Assembly: GCA_038523235.1 (NCBI GenBank)
Contig: JBCBJQ010000038.1
Span: 1-49,251, forward strand
Source: Cyanobacteria bacterium J06626_4
GTDB taxonomy: Bacteria; Cyanobacteriota; Cyanobacteriia; Phormidesmidales; Phormidesmidaceae
Reading direction: 5' to 3'
Length of the DNA stretch: 49,251 nt
The notes below the pieces were generated by a model. That model searched no databases and was not told where the DNA came from. It saw only the letters and a list, made by a program, of their open reading frames with translations. Below are positions 10,134 to 19,287 of this stretch, piece by piece (positions within the stretch are counted from its first letter, which is position 1; every line of letters starts with the position of its first letter). Made by a program: the position numbers and the translations under genes.

Positions 10134-11327
10134 TCACGGCTCAAAGACCTGATGGGTTAGCAAGGTGCTGTAGTCTTCTTGCTGACGAATCAGCCGCTGG
10201 GTCTGGCCCTCGACCCAGACCTCAGCCGGACGAGGACGATGTAAAAAGTGGGAAGACATGGCATAGCCATAGGCCCCCACTGCCAAAATGGCGAGCAGAT
10301 CTCCCGGCTGGAGCGCTGGTAAAGCACAGTTGCGCCCCAGGTAGTCGCGGGAATAGGTGGTGTTGCCGCAGACATCGGTGGCATAGCGGCGGCCGTCTGT
10401 GGCCAAAGTGGGCGATCGCAGCGGCACAATCTCTCGATAGCCGCCGTGCACCGAGGGGACGGAGAGGTTGGCGACCGTAGTGTTAACACCGACGATCTGC
10501 TTCTCGCCCTGCCATTTGACGGCGATCACCTCGGCGAGCAGGGTGGCGCAGCCCGCGATCGCGGCTCGCCCCGGTTCAATCAGCAATTCGACTGGGCGGT
10601 CTTGTTGAGCCAACTACCGCGTCAGTTCGTGGCCGAAGTCTTCCCACGAAAATGCGGCCCCGCCGGACCGGTAGGGATAGCCAAACCCACCCCCAAAATC
10701 GAGGTAGGCCCAATCTGGCAGCTGTTGCCCCACGGCCAGCACCGCCTCAATCACCTGGGTAAAGGCGCGAGTGGCATTAGTGCCGGTGCCCCGATAAAAG
10801 TGCAATCCGCTCAGCCGCAAGCCGTGGTCACCCGCTAGGCGAGTCGCTGCCGCAAAGTCGGCTGGGGGCACCCCGATGCGGCTATCGCCGGTTAGCTCGG
10901 GCAAGTTTAGCCGCAGCCCCAGCCGGGGGGCCGGGCGATCGCCCGCCGCTTGATACACATCACAGAACAGCTGCAGCTGGGCCAAACTATCCCAGTTGAA
11001 GGTCGCGATGCCCCACGCCAGCGCCTGCTGCATTTCGGCGCGGCTGAGATTGCTGCCGCTGTAGACAATTTGGTCGGGGCGAAATCCGGCCTGCAGCCCC
11101 AGATACATGTCGCCCGGAGTGTTGGCGTGCAGTCCCCAGCCCGCCTGCCGAAACCGCTGCAGCAGATAGACATTGCCGTTCGTGACGCTGGCAAAGTGAA
11201 AGTGAGTATGGGGGTAGGGGACGGCCTGGGTAATGCGTCGAATTGTCTGCTGCAGGCGATCGCCCCGATACACATACAGCGGTGAGCCATAGGTTGCCAT
11301 CAGCGCTTGTGCCTGCTCAAACGACAC
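10134..11327 (-). pseudogene. LysA/diaminopimelate decarboxylase-fold protein split by a nonsense codon
   Basis: YGSPLYVY, LDFGGGFG, IEPGR, GAYGYAMS; ORFs 10614..11327 and 10134..10613 are in the same frame and separated by one TAG (10616-10614). Confidence 0.88.
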
Positions 11328-11393
11328 GAGAGACGGTGAAGCGCTCCCGCGACTCGGTTGCCGTCACCGGCGCGGCAGCTCTCTGTGGCCAAT

Positions 11394-13219
11394 TTAGTCC
11401 CATCGATTTTTCCTCAAATAGCGCCAAAGGGCGGGGGGCATCCAGAAGGGCTGCTGGAACGATCGCGTCAGCGCGGTGAAGTGATCGCCCGCCACGGTCT
11501 CACCCAGCACCGTCTCACGCCACTGCTGCCACATCACCAGCAGCCACAGCAGTTCGCCCAGCCGCCGACCCGACAGGCTGCCCAGCTGTCCGGTGACGAT
11601 GCGGGTGGGCAAGTCCGGCTGCCACAGCCCCTCCTGCTGCAGCCGGTGCGGATGCAGCCAATCCCCCAGGGTGTGCCAAAACTGATTGAAACACCAGAAG
11701 GTTAAGGGAACGCCCATGCCCCGCTTTTCTCGCCAAACAATCTCCGGCGGCAGCCACGTAGCGACGGCGCGCTTCAAAATATATTTCTCGCAGGCGTTGT
11801 GCAGGCAGAGCGGCCCGGCAAGGCGAAAGGTCCAGGCGGCCAGCGGCAGATCACAAAAGGGCGATCGCACCTGCAGCCCGTGGGCCTGGGCCAAACTTGT
11901 GGCGCGGGGCTGAATATTTTGGGCGCCTTTTAGCATCAAGGTGGCGCGGCGCAGGCGATGCAGCAGCCCGGCGGCATAGGTCGGATCAAGCGCCACTCGC
12001 ACCCAGTCTGAGGGCGCCTGATCCGACAGCGCCGGCCAAACCGCCGGCTGAAAACTCTGATGCTCCCACCCATAAAAGCGATGAAAGGTCCGCAAATACT
12101 GTTGCCGCAAGTCTTCTGCACCGGTGGGATGCTCGTGGTTATAGAGTCCGGAAGCGATCAGTGGCTTGTTCGTCCAGCCGGCAAAGAGCTGATCGCCATG
12201 CTCACCGTTAAACACCACGGTCGTGTCGCGGCTCGCCGCCTGATTCAGCAAAAAAAGCGGCACCGTCACCCCATCGCCGTAGGGCAGATCGAGCGCTCGG
12301 GCCGTGGCGGCGATCGCCCCCTTGATTTGCTTCGGGCCAGCGGGCACCCGCACCAGCGGGATTTTGAGAAAGTCGGCGACCTGTTGCGCATAGGGCAGCT
12401 CGGACTCTTCTTCCCGACCGAAGTCGAGCGAATAGCCGCGCACGTCTACACCGGACTGCACCAGTAACGCCGCCACGATAGAAGAATCAAGACCACCCGA
12501 CAAAAACACGCCCACTGGCCCCTGTGGCAGGTTGACCAGCTGCCGCTGCATCGCCGCCCGGAGCAGAACCTGCAGTTCCGCGATCGCCGCCGCTTCATCC
12601 GTCATGGTGGCCTCCGCTTCGCGCCACTGCCACCGCGATCGCGGCGTTACTTGGAGGGCTCCGGCGGCGTTTAGCTGCCAGCGCCGCTCGCTGCCCGCCG
12701 GTAGGGCATGAATGCCCCGAATGGGCGTGTGCGGCGTCGGCACATAAGAGCAGCAGGCGTAACCCCGCAGTCCTGCCAGGTCTATCTCCGGAGCTGCTGA
12801 GAGCAGGGGCAGGAGCAACTGCAGCCGTGAAGCAAACCAAATCACCTGAGCCTGCTGCAGCCAGTAGAGCGGCACGCGACCAAACGGTTCTCTGCCGAGG
12901 CAAAACGTTTCTGCCTCGATCGCGACCCAAGCATCGGGCCAATGGCTGCCGTTGGCCTGCGGATACAGATTTAGCCCTGACGCGGAGAGGGCGGCAATGA
13001 GGGGCACCTCGGGGAAGACCTCCGGCCTATCAGCAGGAGCCAAGCGGCTACCCCCCAGTGCAGCGCCGAGGCCGATCCGGAAGCGTTAGCGGCGCCGTGG
13101 CCCGAGCGATAGCTGACTGGATAAACTGCGTTAGCTTGCCCGACAGCCCGCTCTAACCGCCGCTGTTCTGACTGCCCGGCAACGCCCCAAAACCCTACCA
13201 CTTGAAGAGGTCTAGACAT
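11394..13219 (-). pseudogene. AsnB-like ATP-dependent amide/lactam synthetase 2, probable 5' frameshift
   Basis: REPFGRVPLY, SGGLDSS, GEHGDQLFAG, RSPF, REKRGM in 11394..13043; the ATG ORF at 13219, 25 bp after htpX, is one base out of frame near 13044-13056. Confidence 0.75.
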
Positions 13220-13244
13220 CGTGGCCTGTGCTGCATCTACGCGG

Positions 13245-14555
13245 TCAGTTTACTGCAAACGATTTTGTACTCAAGGGGCGATCGCCCAACTGCATCTGCA
13301 CCGTCCACCTGCCAGGCTGAGCCTGAGCGCTCACGGTATGGCGACACCAGGTATTCCAAATGACGTTGTCAATCTTCTTGGTGCGATAGCGATTGCGGTG
13401 CTTTACCTGCCCAGTCGGATTTATCCACCGGCAAGACAACGCGAGCCGTCGCCCCAGCGGTGCCTGAGCCAACTTCACTCGATAAATTAGCTGTGGCCAC
13501 TCTTCGCGATCAACGGTCTGCAGCTGGGTGGTTTTGTCTGCTGCCGAGCTGAGGCGATCGTTAATCACCGTAATCTGCGCCGTGATTTGTCGCTGCTGCT
13601 GCATCGCCCTAGCCGGAATCGCGATCGCCCCGACCAGCCCACCCACGAGCAACGCCGTCACCAACAGATCGCGCGATTGTACTGCCCACCGACTTTTGGC
13701 GGCATTGCCGGCGGTCGTCGTTGAAGATTCCCCCCGCAGCCGCTCAATGCGGTCAGCAGTCGACGGATGTGTGGAAAACAGATGCCTCCAGCCACTCCCT
13801 AGTTCAGCTTGATTTGACCAAGGGCTGACAATGAGCAACGGCGCAAAGGCCACGTTTTTTCCCACGTTGGCCCGGCTATTTTGCAATCGCTGCAATGCCG
13901 CTACTAGGCCCTGCGGATTGCCGGTGAGCTGAGCTGCCCCCTGATCAGCGGCAAACTCTCGACTGCGAGAGAGGGCCAGCTGTAGCAGAGTCGCGGCTAG
14001 CGGTGCCAACAGCCAAGTGGCGATCAACGCCAACGGGGGCAGCGCTCGGTGACGCTCGCCAGTGGTGGCGCGGCTCCACCGGGCTCCCTGGGAAATGGCC
14101 CCGGCCAGGGTGGCAGCAATAGTCTGGGTGAGCGTATCGCGATGTCGAATGTGGCTCAGTTCGTGGGCGATGACGCCTTCTAACTCGGCATCGGTGAGCT
14201 GATTGAGCAAGCCTGCTGACAGGGCGATCGCCCCATGCTCGGGGTCTCTGCCGGTGGCAAATGCATTCATCGCCGGACTGGGAATGACGTAAATTTCTGG
14301 CATGGGCAAGCAGGCGCGATCGCACAGCTGCCGCACCATCGGCTGTATCCGCAGGGCCTGCTCCAGCGTGATGGGTTGCGCCGCATACACGCCTAGGGCA
14401 ATCCCATCAGAGCGATACCAAACCGCAAAGTTGAGCGCCGCGGCGACTCCCAGACCGACCAGTAGCCCCCAAGTACCGCCCACCACCCAATAGCCGATAT
14501 TGATCAGCAAAGCGCTCAGCAAACCTAACAGGGCAATTGTCTTTACCTGGTTCAT
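13245..14555 (-). CDS. htpX: HtpX-like M48 zinc metalloprotease with extra C-terminal TM and beta-sandwich domain
   Basis: NAFATGR, HELSH (HExxH), SRSREFAAD, LFSTHP; about 140-aa C-terminal extension. Confidence 0.85.
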   Translation of the reverse strand: MNQVKTIALLGLLSALLINIGYWVVGGTWGLLVGLGVAAALNFAVWYRSDGIALGVYAAQPITLEQALRIQPMVRQLCDRACLPMPEIYVIPSPAMNAFATGRDPEHGAIALSAGLLNQLTDAELEGVIAHELSHIRHRDTLTQTIAATLAGAISQGARWSRATTGERHRALPPLALIATWLLAPLAATLLQLALSRSREFAADQGAAQLTGNPQGLVAALQRLQNSRANVGKNVAFAPLLIVSPWSNQAELGSGWRHLFSTHPSTADRIERLRGESSTTTAGNAAKSRWAVQSRDLLVTALLVGGLVGAIAIPARAMQQQRQITAQITVINDRLSSAADKTTQLQTVDREEWPQLIYRVKLAQAPLGRRLALSCRWINPTGQVKHRNRYRTKKIDNVIWNTWCRHTVSAQAQPGRWTVQMQLGDRPLSTKSFAVN

Positions 14556-14881
14556 CAGACGACTCTCCTACAGCACAGACCGTACAGCAAAAGCTCAGAC
14601 GCCAAAATCTTAATCGTGCTCTCGTTTTGAGCCGACAGGGAAAGCGACTCAGCTCAACTGACGAGGGCTCACTACCTATCTTATCCATCTGCAGAGTCGA
14701 CAATTTTGCGGCTTGAGTCGCCCCGCAATCGCACCGCTGGTGGTGACATATCAGACACGGCCACCCACCCCGCCAGACTCACTGCACGGCCAGCCAAATC
14801 AAGATGTGGCCTGATTTAAAGTTCAGTCGCCAGATATTTACTGGCGCTCAACATCTGTTCGAAACTTAGTTTCCAGACTAC

Positions 14882-15535
14882 TTAGGCGGCCAGGGTAATA
14901 ATTTGGTCTTCGGCCACAGCATAGGCGGTTGTTGCGTGACTGAGCGCCACGTTGTAGCCGCCGGTAAATTCGCCAAACGAGGGAAGGGTCAGGCGCTGTA
15001 GCGATGCTTCCCAATAAAAGCAGGGCAGCCGCAGCCGATCGCCCCGCCCCCCTAGCCACACACAAGGATGCACGTGGCCACACACATTTACCCCTTGGCT
15101 GATCGGCAAGGGCTCGTGGCTGAGCACTAGCGATCGCAGCTCAATCGGGTCGGTGTAGCAGGTTAGTGACAGCTGTGAGAGCGTATCCATCAGGCCGCGA
15201 TCGTGGTTGCCCAAAATCAGATGCGCGTCAAGCTGCGTCTCGGCCAAAAACTTGAGCCAGCCGTCGATCACCTCATCCACCAGGCTGGAGGGTGCATGAA
15301 ACAGATCGCCGAGGATAAACAACCGCTCAGCTTGGGTGCGATCGCAGGCCTGCTTCAGCCGCTTGAGAGTCGCCTGGTTGACCTGGTGGGGAATCGGAAT
15401 GCCAAAACGCTGAAAGGTTTCCGCCTTGCCCAAATGCACGTCAGAAATGAGCAGTGCGGCCTCATCCGGCAGATAAAGCGCCCGCTCAGGCAATAGCGTC
15501 AGACACTGCCCCTGTATCGATAACGTTTCCATCAC
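14882..15535 (-). CDS. pdeM: Ligase-associated DNA damage response metallophosphoesterase PdeM
   Basis: SDVHLGK, LGDLFH, GNHD, SHEP, GHVHP, LPSFGEFTGG. Confidence 0.85.
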   Translation of the reverse strand: MMETLSIQGQCLTLLPERALYLPDEAALLISDVHLGKAETFQRFGIPIPHQVNQATLKRLKQACDRTQAERLFILGDLFHAPSSLVDEVIDGWLKFLAETQLDAHLILGNHDRGLMDTLSQLSLTCYTDPIELRSLVLSHEPLPISQGVNVCGHVHPCVWLGGRGDRLRLPCFYWEASLQRLTLPSFGEFTGGYNVALSHATTAYAVAEDQIITLAA

Positions 15536-15623
15536 GCTCTCAAAAGTTCGTCTTTCAATGTGACACAGCTCTTTCTATTTGGGGAGCAAACCAGCGTAAG
15601 AATGCAGAAGTACGAATGCGGAC

Positions 15624-15647
15624 CTCCCAACTCCCAACTTCCGACTT
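15624..15647. repeat. Short heptamer tandem repeat (ctcccaa ctcccaa cttccga ctt)
   Basis: Visible 7-bp periodicity; related to the reverse complement of 38750..38789. Confidence 0.5.
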
Positions 15648-15683
15648 GAGATAGCATTTTGACTAAAAACAGGACGCTCAAGC

Positions 15684-16613
15684 ATGACCATGCTGCAAAC
15701 CATTCCAGTTCTGAGTCTTCGTGATTTTGTCAGCGGGGAACCCCAGCGCCAACAGCAGTTTGTCGAGCAGCTGGGCCAAGCGCTTGAAACCGTTGGCTTT
15801 TTTGCGCTGACCGACCACGGTATCGAGGCTCCTCTGATCCACTCGGCCTACGCCACCGCTGAAGCGGTCTTTTTGCTGCCGGAAGCCGTTAAGGCGGGCT
15901 ACGAAGATCTCACACTGAAAGGACAGCGGGGGTTTACCGCCTTTGGTCGCGAACATGCCAAAGATTCACCCGCTGCTGACCTCAAGGAGTTTTGGCATGT
16001 GGGCCGCCAGAACGTCGCCCCAAAAAACGTCTGGCCGGCTGAAGTGCCGCAGTTTCAAACGGCGATGACGGCACTATTTGAGCAATTAGAGCAGTGCGCC
16101 GATTCACTGCTTGAAGCCTGTGCCCTCTATTTGGGGCTACCTCGCTCGTTTTTGCGCGATGCTGTGGTGGATGGCCCGACGCTGCTGCGGGTGCTGCATT
16201 ATCCGCCCGTGCCGCCGACGGTGCCCACCGCGAGCATTCGAGCCGCCGCTCACGAAGACATTAATCTCATCACGCTGCTCTGTGAGGCCACCACACCGGG
16301 GTTAGAGCTGCTGCAGAGCAATGGCGAGTGGCGACCCATTGCCGCGATTCCCGGTCAAATTATTGTCGATACGGGTGACATGTTGCAAAACATGACCAAC
16401 GGCCTGTTCAAAAGTACGACCCATCGCGTGACCAATCCCAGCAGCGATCGCGATCGGCGATTTTCGCTACCTTTTTTCGTGCATCCGCATCCGGCGGTCG
16501 ATCTGTCGCCTCTGCCGGCATGCATCAGCCGCACTGGGGGAGTCCCCCAGTTCCCCCCACTCACGGCAGGGGAATATTTGCTGCAGCGACTGCAAGAAAT
16601 CGGCTTGGCGTAG
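15684..16613 (+). CDS. Isopenicillin N synthase-like 2OG-Fe(II) oxygenase
   Basis: GFFALTDHG, DLKE, LRVLHYP, HED iron motif, STTHRV, RFS. Confidence 0.92.
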   Translation: MTMLQTIPVLSLRDFVSGEPQRQQQFVEQLGQALETVGFFALTDHGIEAPLIHSAYATAEAVFLLPEAVKAGYEDLTLKGQRGFTAFGREHAKDSPAADLKEFWHVGRQNVAPKNVWPAEVPQFQTAMTALFEQLEQCADSLLEACALYLGLPRSFLRDAVVDGPTLLRVLHYPPVPPTVPTASIRAAAHEDINLITLLCEATTPGLELLQSNGEWRPIAAIPGQIIVDTGDMLQNMTNGLFKSTTHRVTNPSSDRDRRFSLPFFVHPHPAVDLSPLPACISRTGGVPQFPPLTAGEYLLQRLQEIGLA

Positions 16614-16789
16614 CGTTTGGGCATATTAAAGCTGAGCGCAGTGTCGGGCGTGAGCAATTTCCTGCAGCACGGTAGAAACGCCCACCCGCGCCAGCGAATC
16701 GCTTTTAGAATGAGGGCGATCATTGGCCGTTGCTGCCTCGCGATTTTCGACTGATGTTGACGATTTGCCCGCTGATCTGAGTATTCTCG

Positions 16790-18385
16790 ATGGTTTCTAC
16801 CGATATTGCCCCCCCTCGGGCTAGTCAATTTTTTGAAGGACTGTATTGGCCACTAGCAGACGCCGAGGCGTTGAGCAGTACGATTCAGCCGGTGCCTGAC
16901 ACCGTGCAGCTAGCGGCTGATACGCTACTGAGTCTGATGGTGACGCTGTGTGCCGCCGATAGTGGCTGGCCCGCCGATCAGCCTCAAACTGCCGATACCC
17001 TCTTGCCCTATGTCGCCGATGAAGTCGAAGAGCTGCTAGAGGCCTTACACCAGTGGGCTCCAGCTGCCGTTCAGCCCCCGATAGCTACGCCGCAGACGCC
17101 ACAGCGCCTCGCCGAGCTGAGTGCGTTTTTGCTGTGGACGATCGCCGCCAGCAGCCCCGAGGCCATGAAGTTGCTAGAGGGGCTGCCCACGGATGGCAGG
17201 CAGCGGTGGGAGACTGCTGGGGTCCGCCTGGCACCGATTCTCAAAGTTCAGCGCGATCACGCCAGCGACGAATTAGATTTAGCCGCTCAGACCCCGGTGG
17301 CAGCCGACCAAGCCTTAGACCCAGACGCGCTGCTGCCGCTGCCGGAGTTGGCCAGTCCGGCTCTAACAGTGGGGCAGTGGCAAGACCGGATTTGGCAACA
17401 GGCGATCGCCCTCGTACCTGCCCTCGCTCAATGGCGCAGTGGCCTGCCAGTGCAGCTGTTGCTGCCCGGCAGTGCATGGGGTGAGGCCAAACTTTTCCTC
17501 GCTCTGCAGATGGTCGCCGTCCCCCCGAGAGCCCTGCCCACCCCCCACCGGTCAGCCGTGTCAGCCCCACCGCCGCTGGGGGAAACCCTCTTTGACCCGG
17601 TGGGCACGCCCGAGATGCGCGTTTGGCCCGCAACAGAGGCGGCGATCGCCCCCCTCAAACCGGCGGCTCTGGTGCCCGATCACTCCCTGGAGGAAGATGC
17701 CCAAGCCTGTGACATCACGTTTATTGACATCACACCGCTGCAAACCGCGATCTTTGTGGCGACGATCTCTCGGGGGAGCCACCAGGTCGGGCAGGCTTCC
17801 GCTCAACCAACCGCTCAGCTCTCTGCCCTAGAACTCGTGCGACAAGCCCATCGGGTCATCAGCCCCACCGTCGTGACCGACTCGACAGCCGGCGGCACAC
17901 CAACGCTATCACTAGTACCGCAAACGATGGCCACGCTCTGTGAGCAGGTGAAATGGCTGTGGATTCAGGCCAGCCAGGATTTTACCCCGCTGATGGAAGG
18001 ACTCAGCGCTCGGCGTCTGCGTTCGGGGCAGGCTTGGACAACCGGGCGGGTCGCGATCGCCGGTCATTTGAGTCTGCTATCGGCGGCGGACTCACCCATT
18101 GTTTTGGACGTCACCACCGGGGAATGGCCCCTCCCTGAACTGCCGTTGGAAGCACGCGATATCTTGCACCTGAAGACTGCCACCGCGCTGCCACAGGAAC
18201 TCTGGCAAGCGGCAGAGCTGACGACCCACATTACGACCTGGGTGCGGCAGCGATCGCCGCTGCTGGCCTGCTTACTCGACGGCCAGGCGATCACGTTGTC
18301 ATCGCCTCAAGATGCGTTGTTTCCCGAGGCTGAACCGGCCCCTCGGCAGCTGTGTTTCCAAATATTACTGCACTGGTTGCCATAG
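16790..18385 (+). CDS. Hypothetical protein with a MazG-like helical segment and repeated KGK-like units
   Basis: GWP..QPQTADTLLPYVADEVEELLEAL; repeated G-x-x-x-x-L-x-x-G-x-x-W-x-x-G/A-K/R units. Confidence 0.65.
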   Translation: MVSTDIAPPRASQFFEGLYWPLADAEALSSTIQPVPDTVQLAADTLLSLMVTLCAADSGWPADQPQTADTLLPYVADEVEELLEALHQWAPAAVQPPIATPQTPQRLAELSAFLLWTIAASSPEAMKLLEGLPTDGRQRWETAGVRLAPILKVQRDHASDELDLAAQTPVAADQALDPDALLPLPELASPALTVGQWQDRIWQQAIALVPALAQWRSGLPVQLLLPGSAWGEAKLFLALQMVAVPPRALPTPHRSAVSAPPPLGETLFDPVGTPEMRVWPATEAAIAPLKPAALVPDHSLEEDAQACDITFIDITPLQTAIFVATISRGSHQVGQASAQPTAQLSALELVRQAHRVISPTVVTDSTAGGTPTLSLVPQTMATLCEQVKWLWIQASQDFTPLMEGLSARRLRSGQAWTTGRVAIAGHLSLLSAADSPIVLDVTTGEWPLPELPLEARDILHLKTATALPQELWQAAELTTHITTWVRQRSPLLACLLDGQAITLSSPQDALFPEAEPAPRQLCFQILLHWLP

Positions 18386-18522
18386 ACCGCCCAGTGCCAA
18401 GCTGTTGGGGTGCTCACCCCGCATGACAGCTCGGGGCGAGGTGAGCCATCATGGCCGTTTTAGGCTTTCATGGCGGCTCCCCCCATCTTCCTTGTTTTGA
18501 GTCCTGATTTCGTTGCGCCACC

Positions 18523-19194
18523 ATGATTTACGTCTACGCCTTGTGCCCTACCCCCGGTGAATCCCTGTCCTTACCGCAGGGCATTACCCAACCCGTGCAG
18601 TTGCTCGTCGCCGAGGGGCTCGGGGCGATCGCCGAACCAGAGGTCGATGTGGCTCAAGTGCGCGAAGATGATGCGCAACTCATGGAGGCCGTGTTGGCCC
18701 ACGATCGCGTCCTTGGCCAGCTATTTGCGCAAATGCCCCTGCTGCCCCTCCGCTTCGGCACGCAATTCAAAGACCGATCATCGCTGCAGACTTTTTTGCA
18801 CAGTCACCAGCAGACCTATCTCCAGCGATTACAGGCCCTGCAAGATCGCGCTGAGTATTTGCTGAAACTCTCGCCCCAGCCCTATGTGGTCCCCGAAGTG
18901 GATGAAACCGTTCGGGGCCGAGAATATTTCTTAGCCAAGAAGCGCCGGTTACAAGAGCAGACGGCAGCCCTAGCTCAGCAACAAGAAGAACTCCAGAGTT
19001 TTCTCACCACGCTGACGGCAGCCCATATCCCGTTCGTGCAGAGCGCCCCGCAGGAAGAAGAAGAGCGACTGCACATCTTGTTGTCGCGGAATGCTATGAC
19101 CGCCCAGACCTTGCTGGCTGAATGGCAGCGTCAACTCCCCACCTGGCAGCTCGTGTGTAGCGAGCCCCTACCGCCCTATCACTTTGCAACATAG
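18523..19194 (+). CDS. GvpL/GvpF-family gas vesicle protein
   Basis: IYVYA, AHDRVL, LLPLRFGT, GREYFLAKK, PLPPYHF. Confidence 0.88.
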   Translation: MIYVYALCPTPGESLSLPQGITQPVQLLVAEGLGAIAEPEVDVAQVREDDAQLMEAVLAHDRVLGQLFAQMPLLPLRFGTQFKDRSSLQTFLHSHQQTYLQRLQALQDRAEYLLKLSPQPYVVPEVDETVRGREYFLAKKRRLQEQTAALAQQQEELQSFLTTLTAAHIPFVQSAPQEEEERLHILLSRNAMTAQTLLAEWQRQLPTWQLVCSEPLPPYHFAT

Positions 19195-19287
19195 CGAATT
19201 GGTAGAGCCGCTCTCCGGTTTGGGACGGCCTTGTACAGCAGAATTCTGCCTATAGAGTTCGGAGCCAAAACGGCCTGGGCAGCCCCA

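Noticed and set aside
7567..10616. Amber recoding or readthrough suggested by two in-frame TAGs
   Set aside because: TAG is a normal stop elsewhere in the window (6250-6252, 16611-16613, the precursor gene), and the same locus also has frameshifts
6939..13219. Lasso peptide cluster
   Set aside because: No B1/RRE or B2 protease gene and no lasso-type precursor are visible
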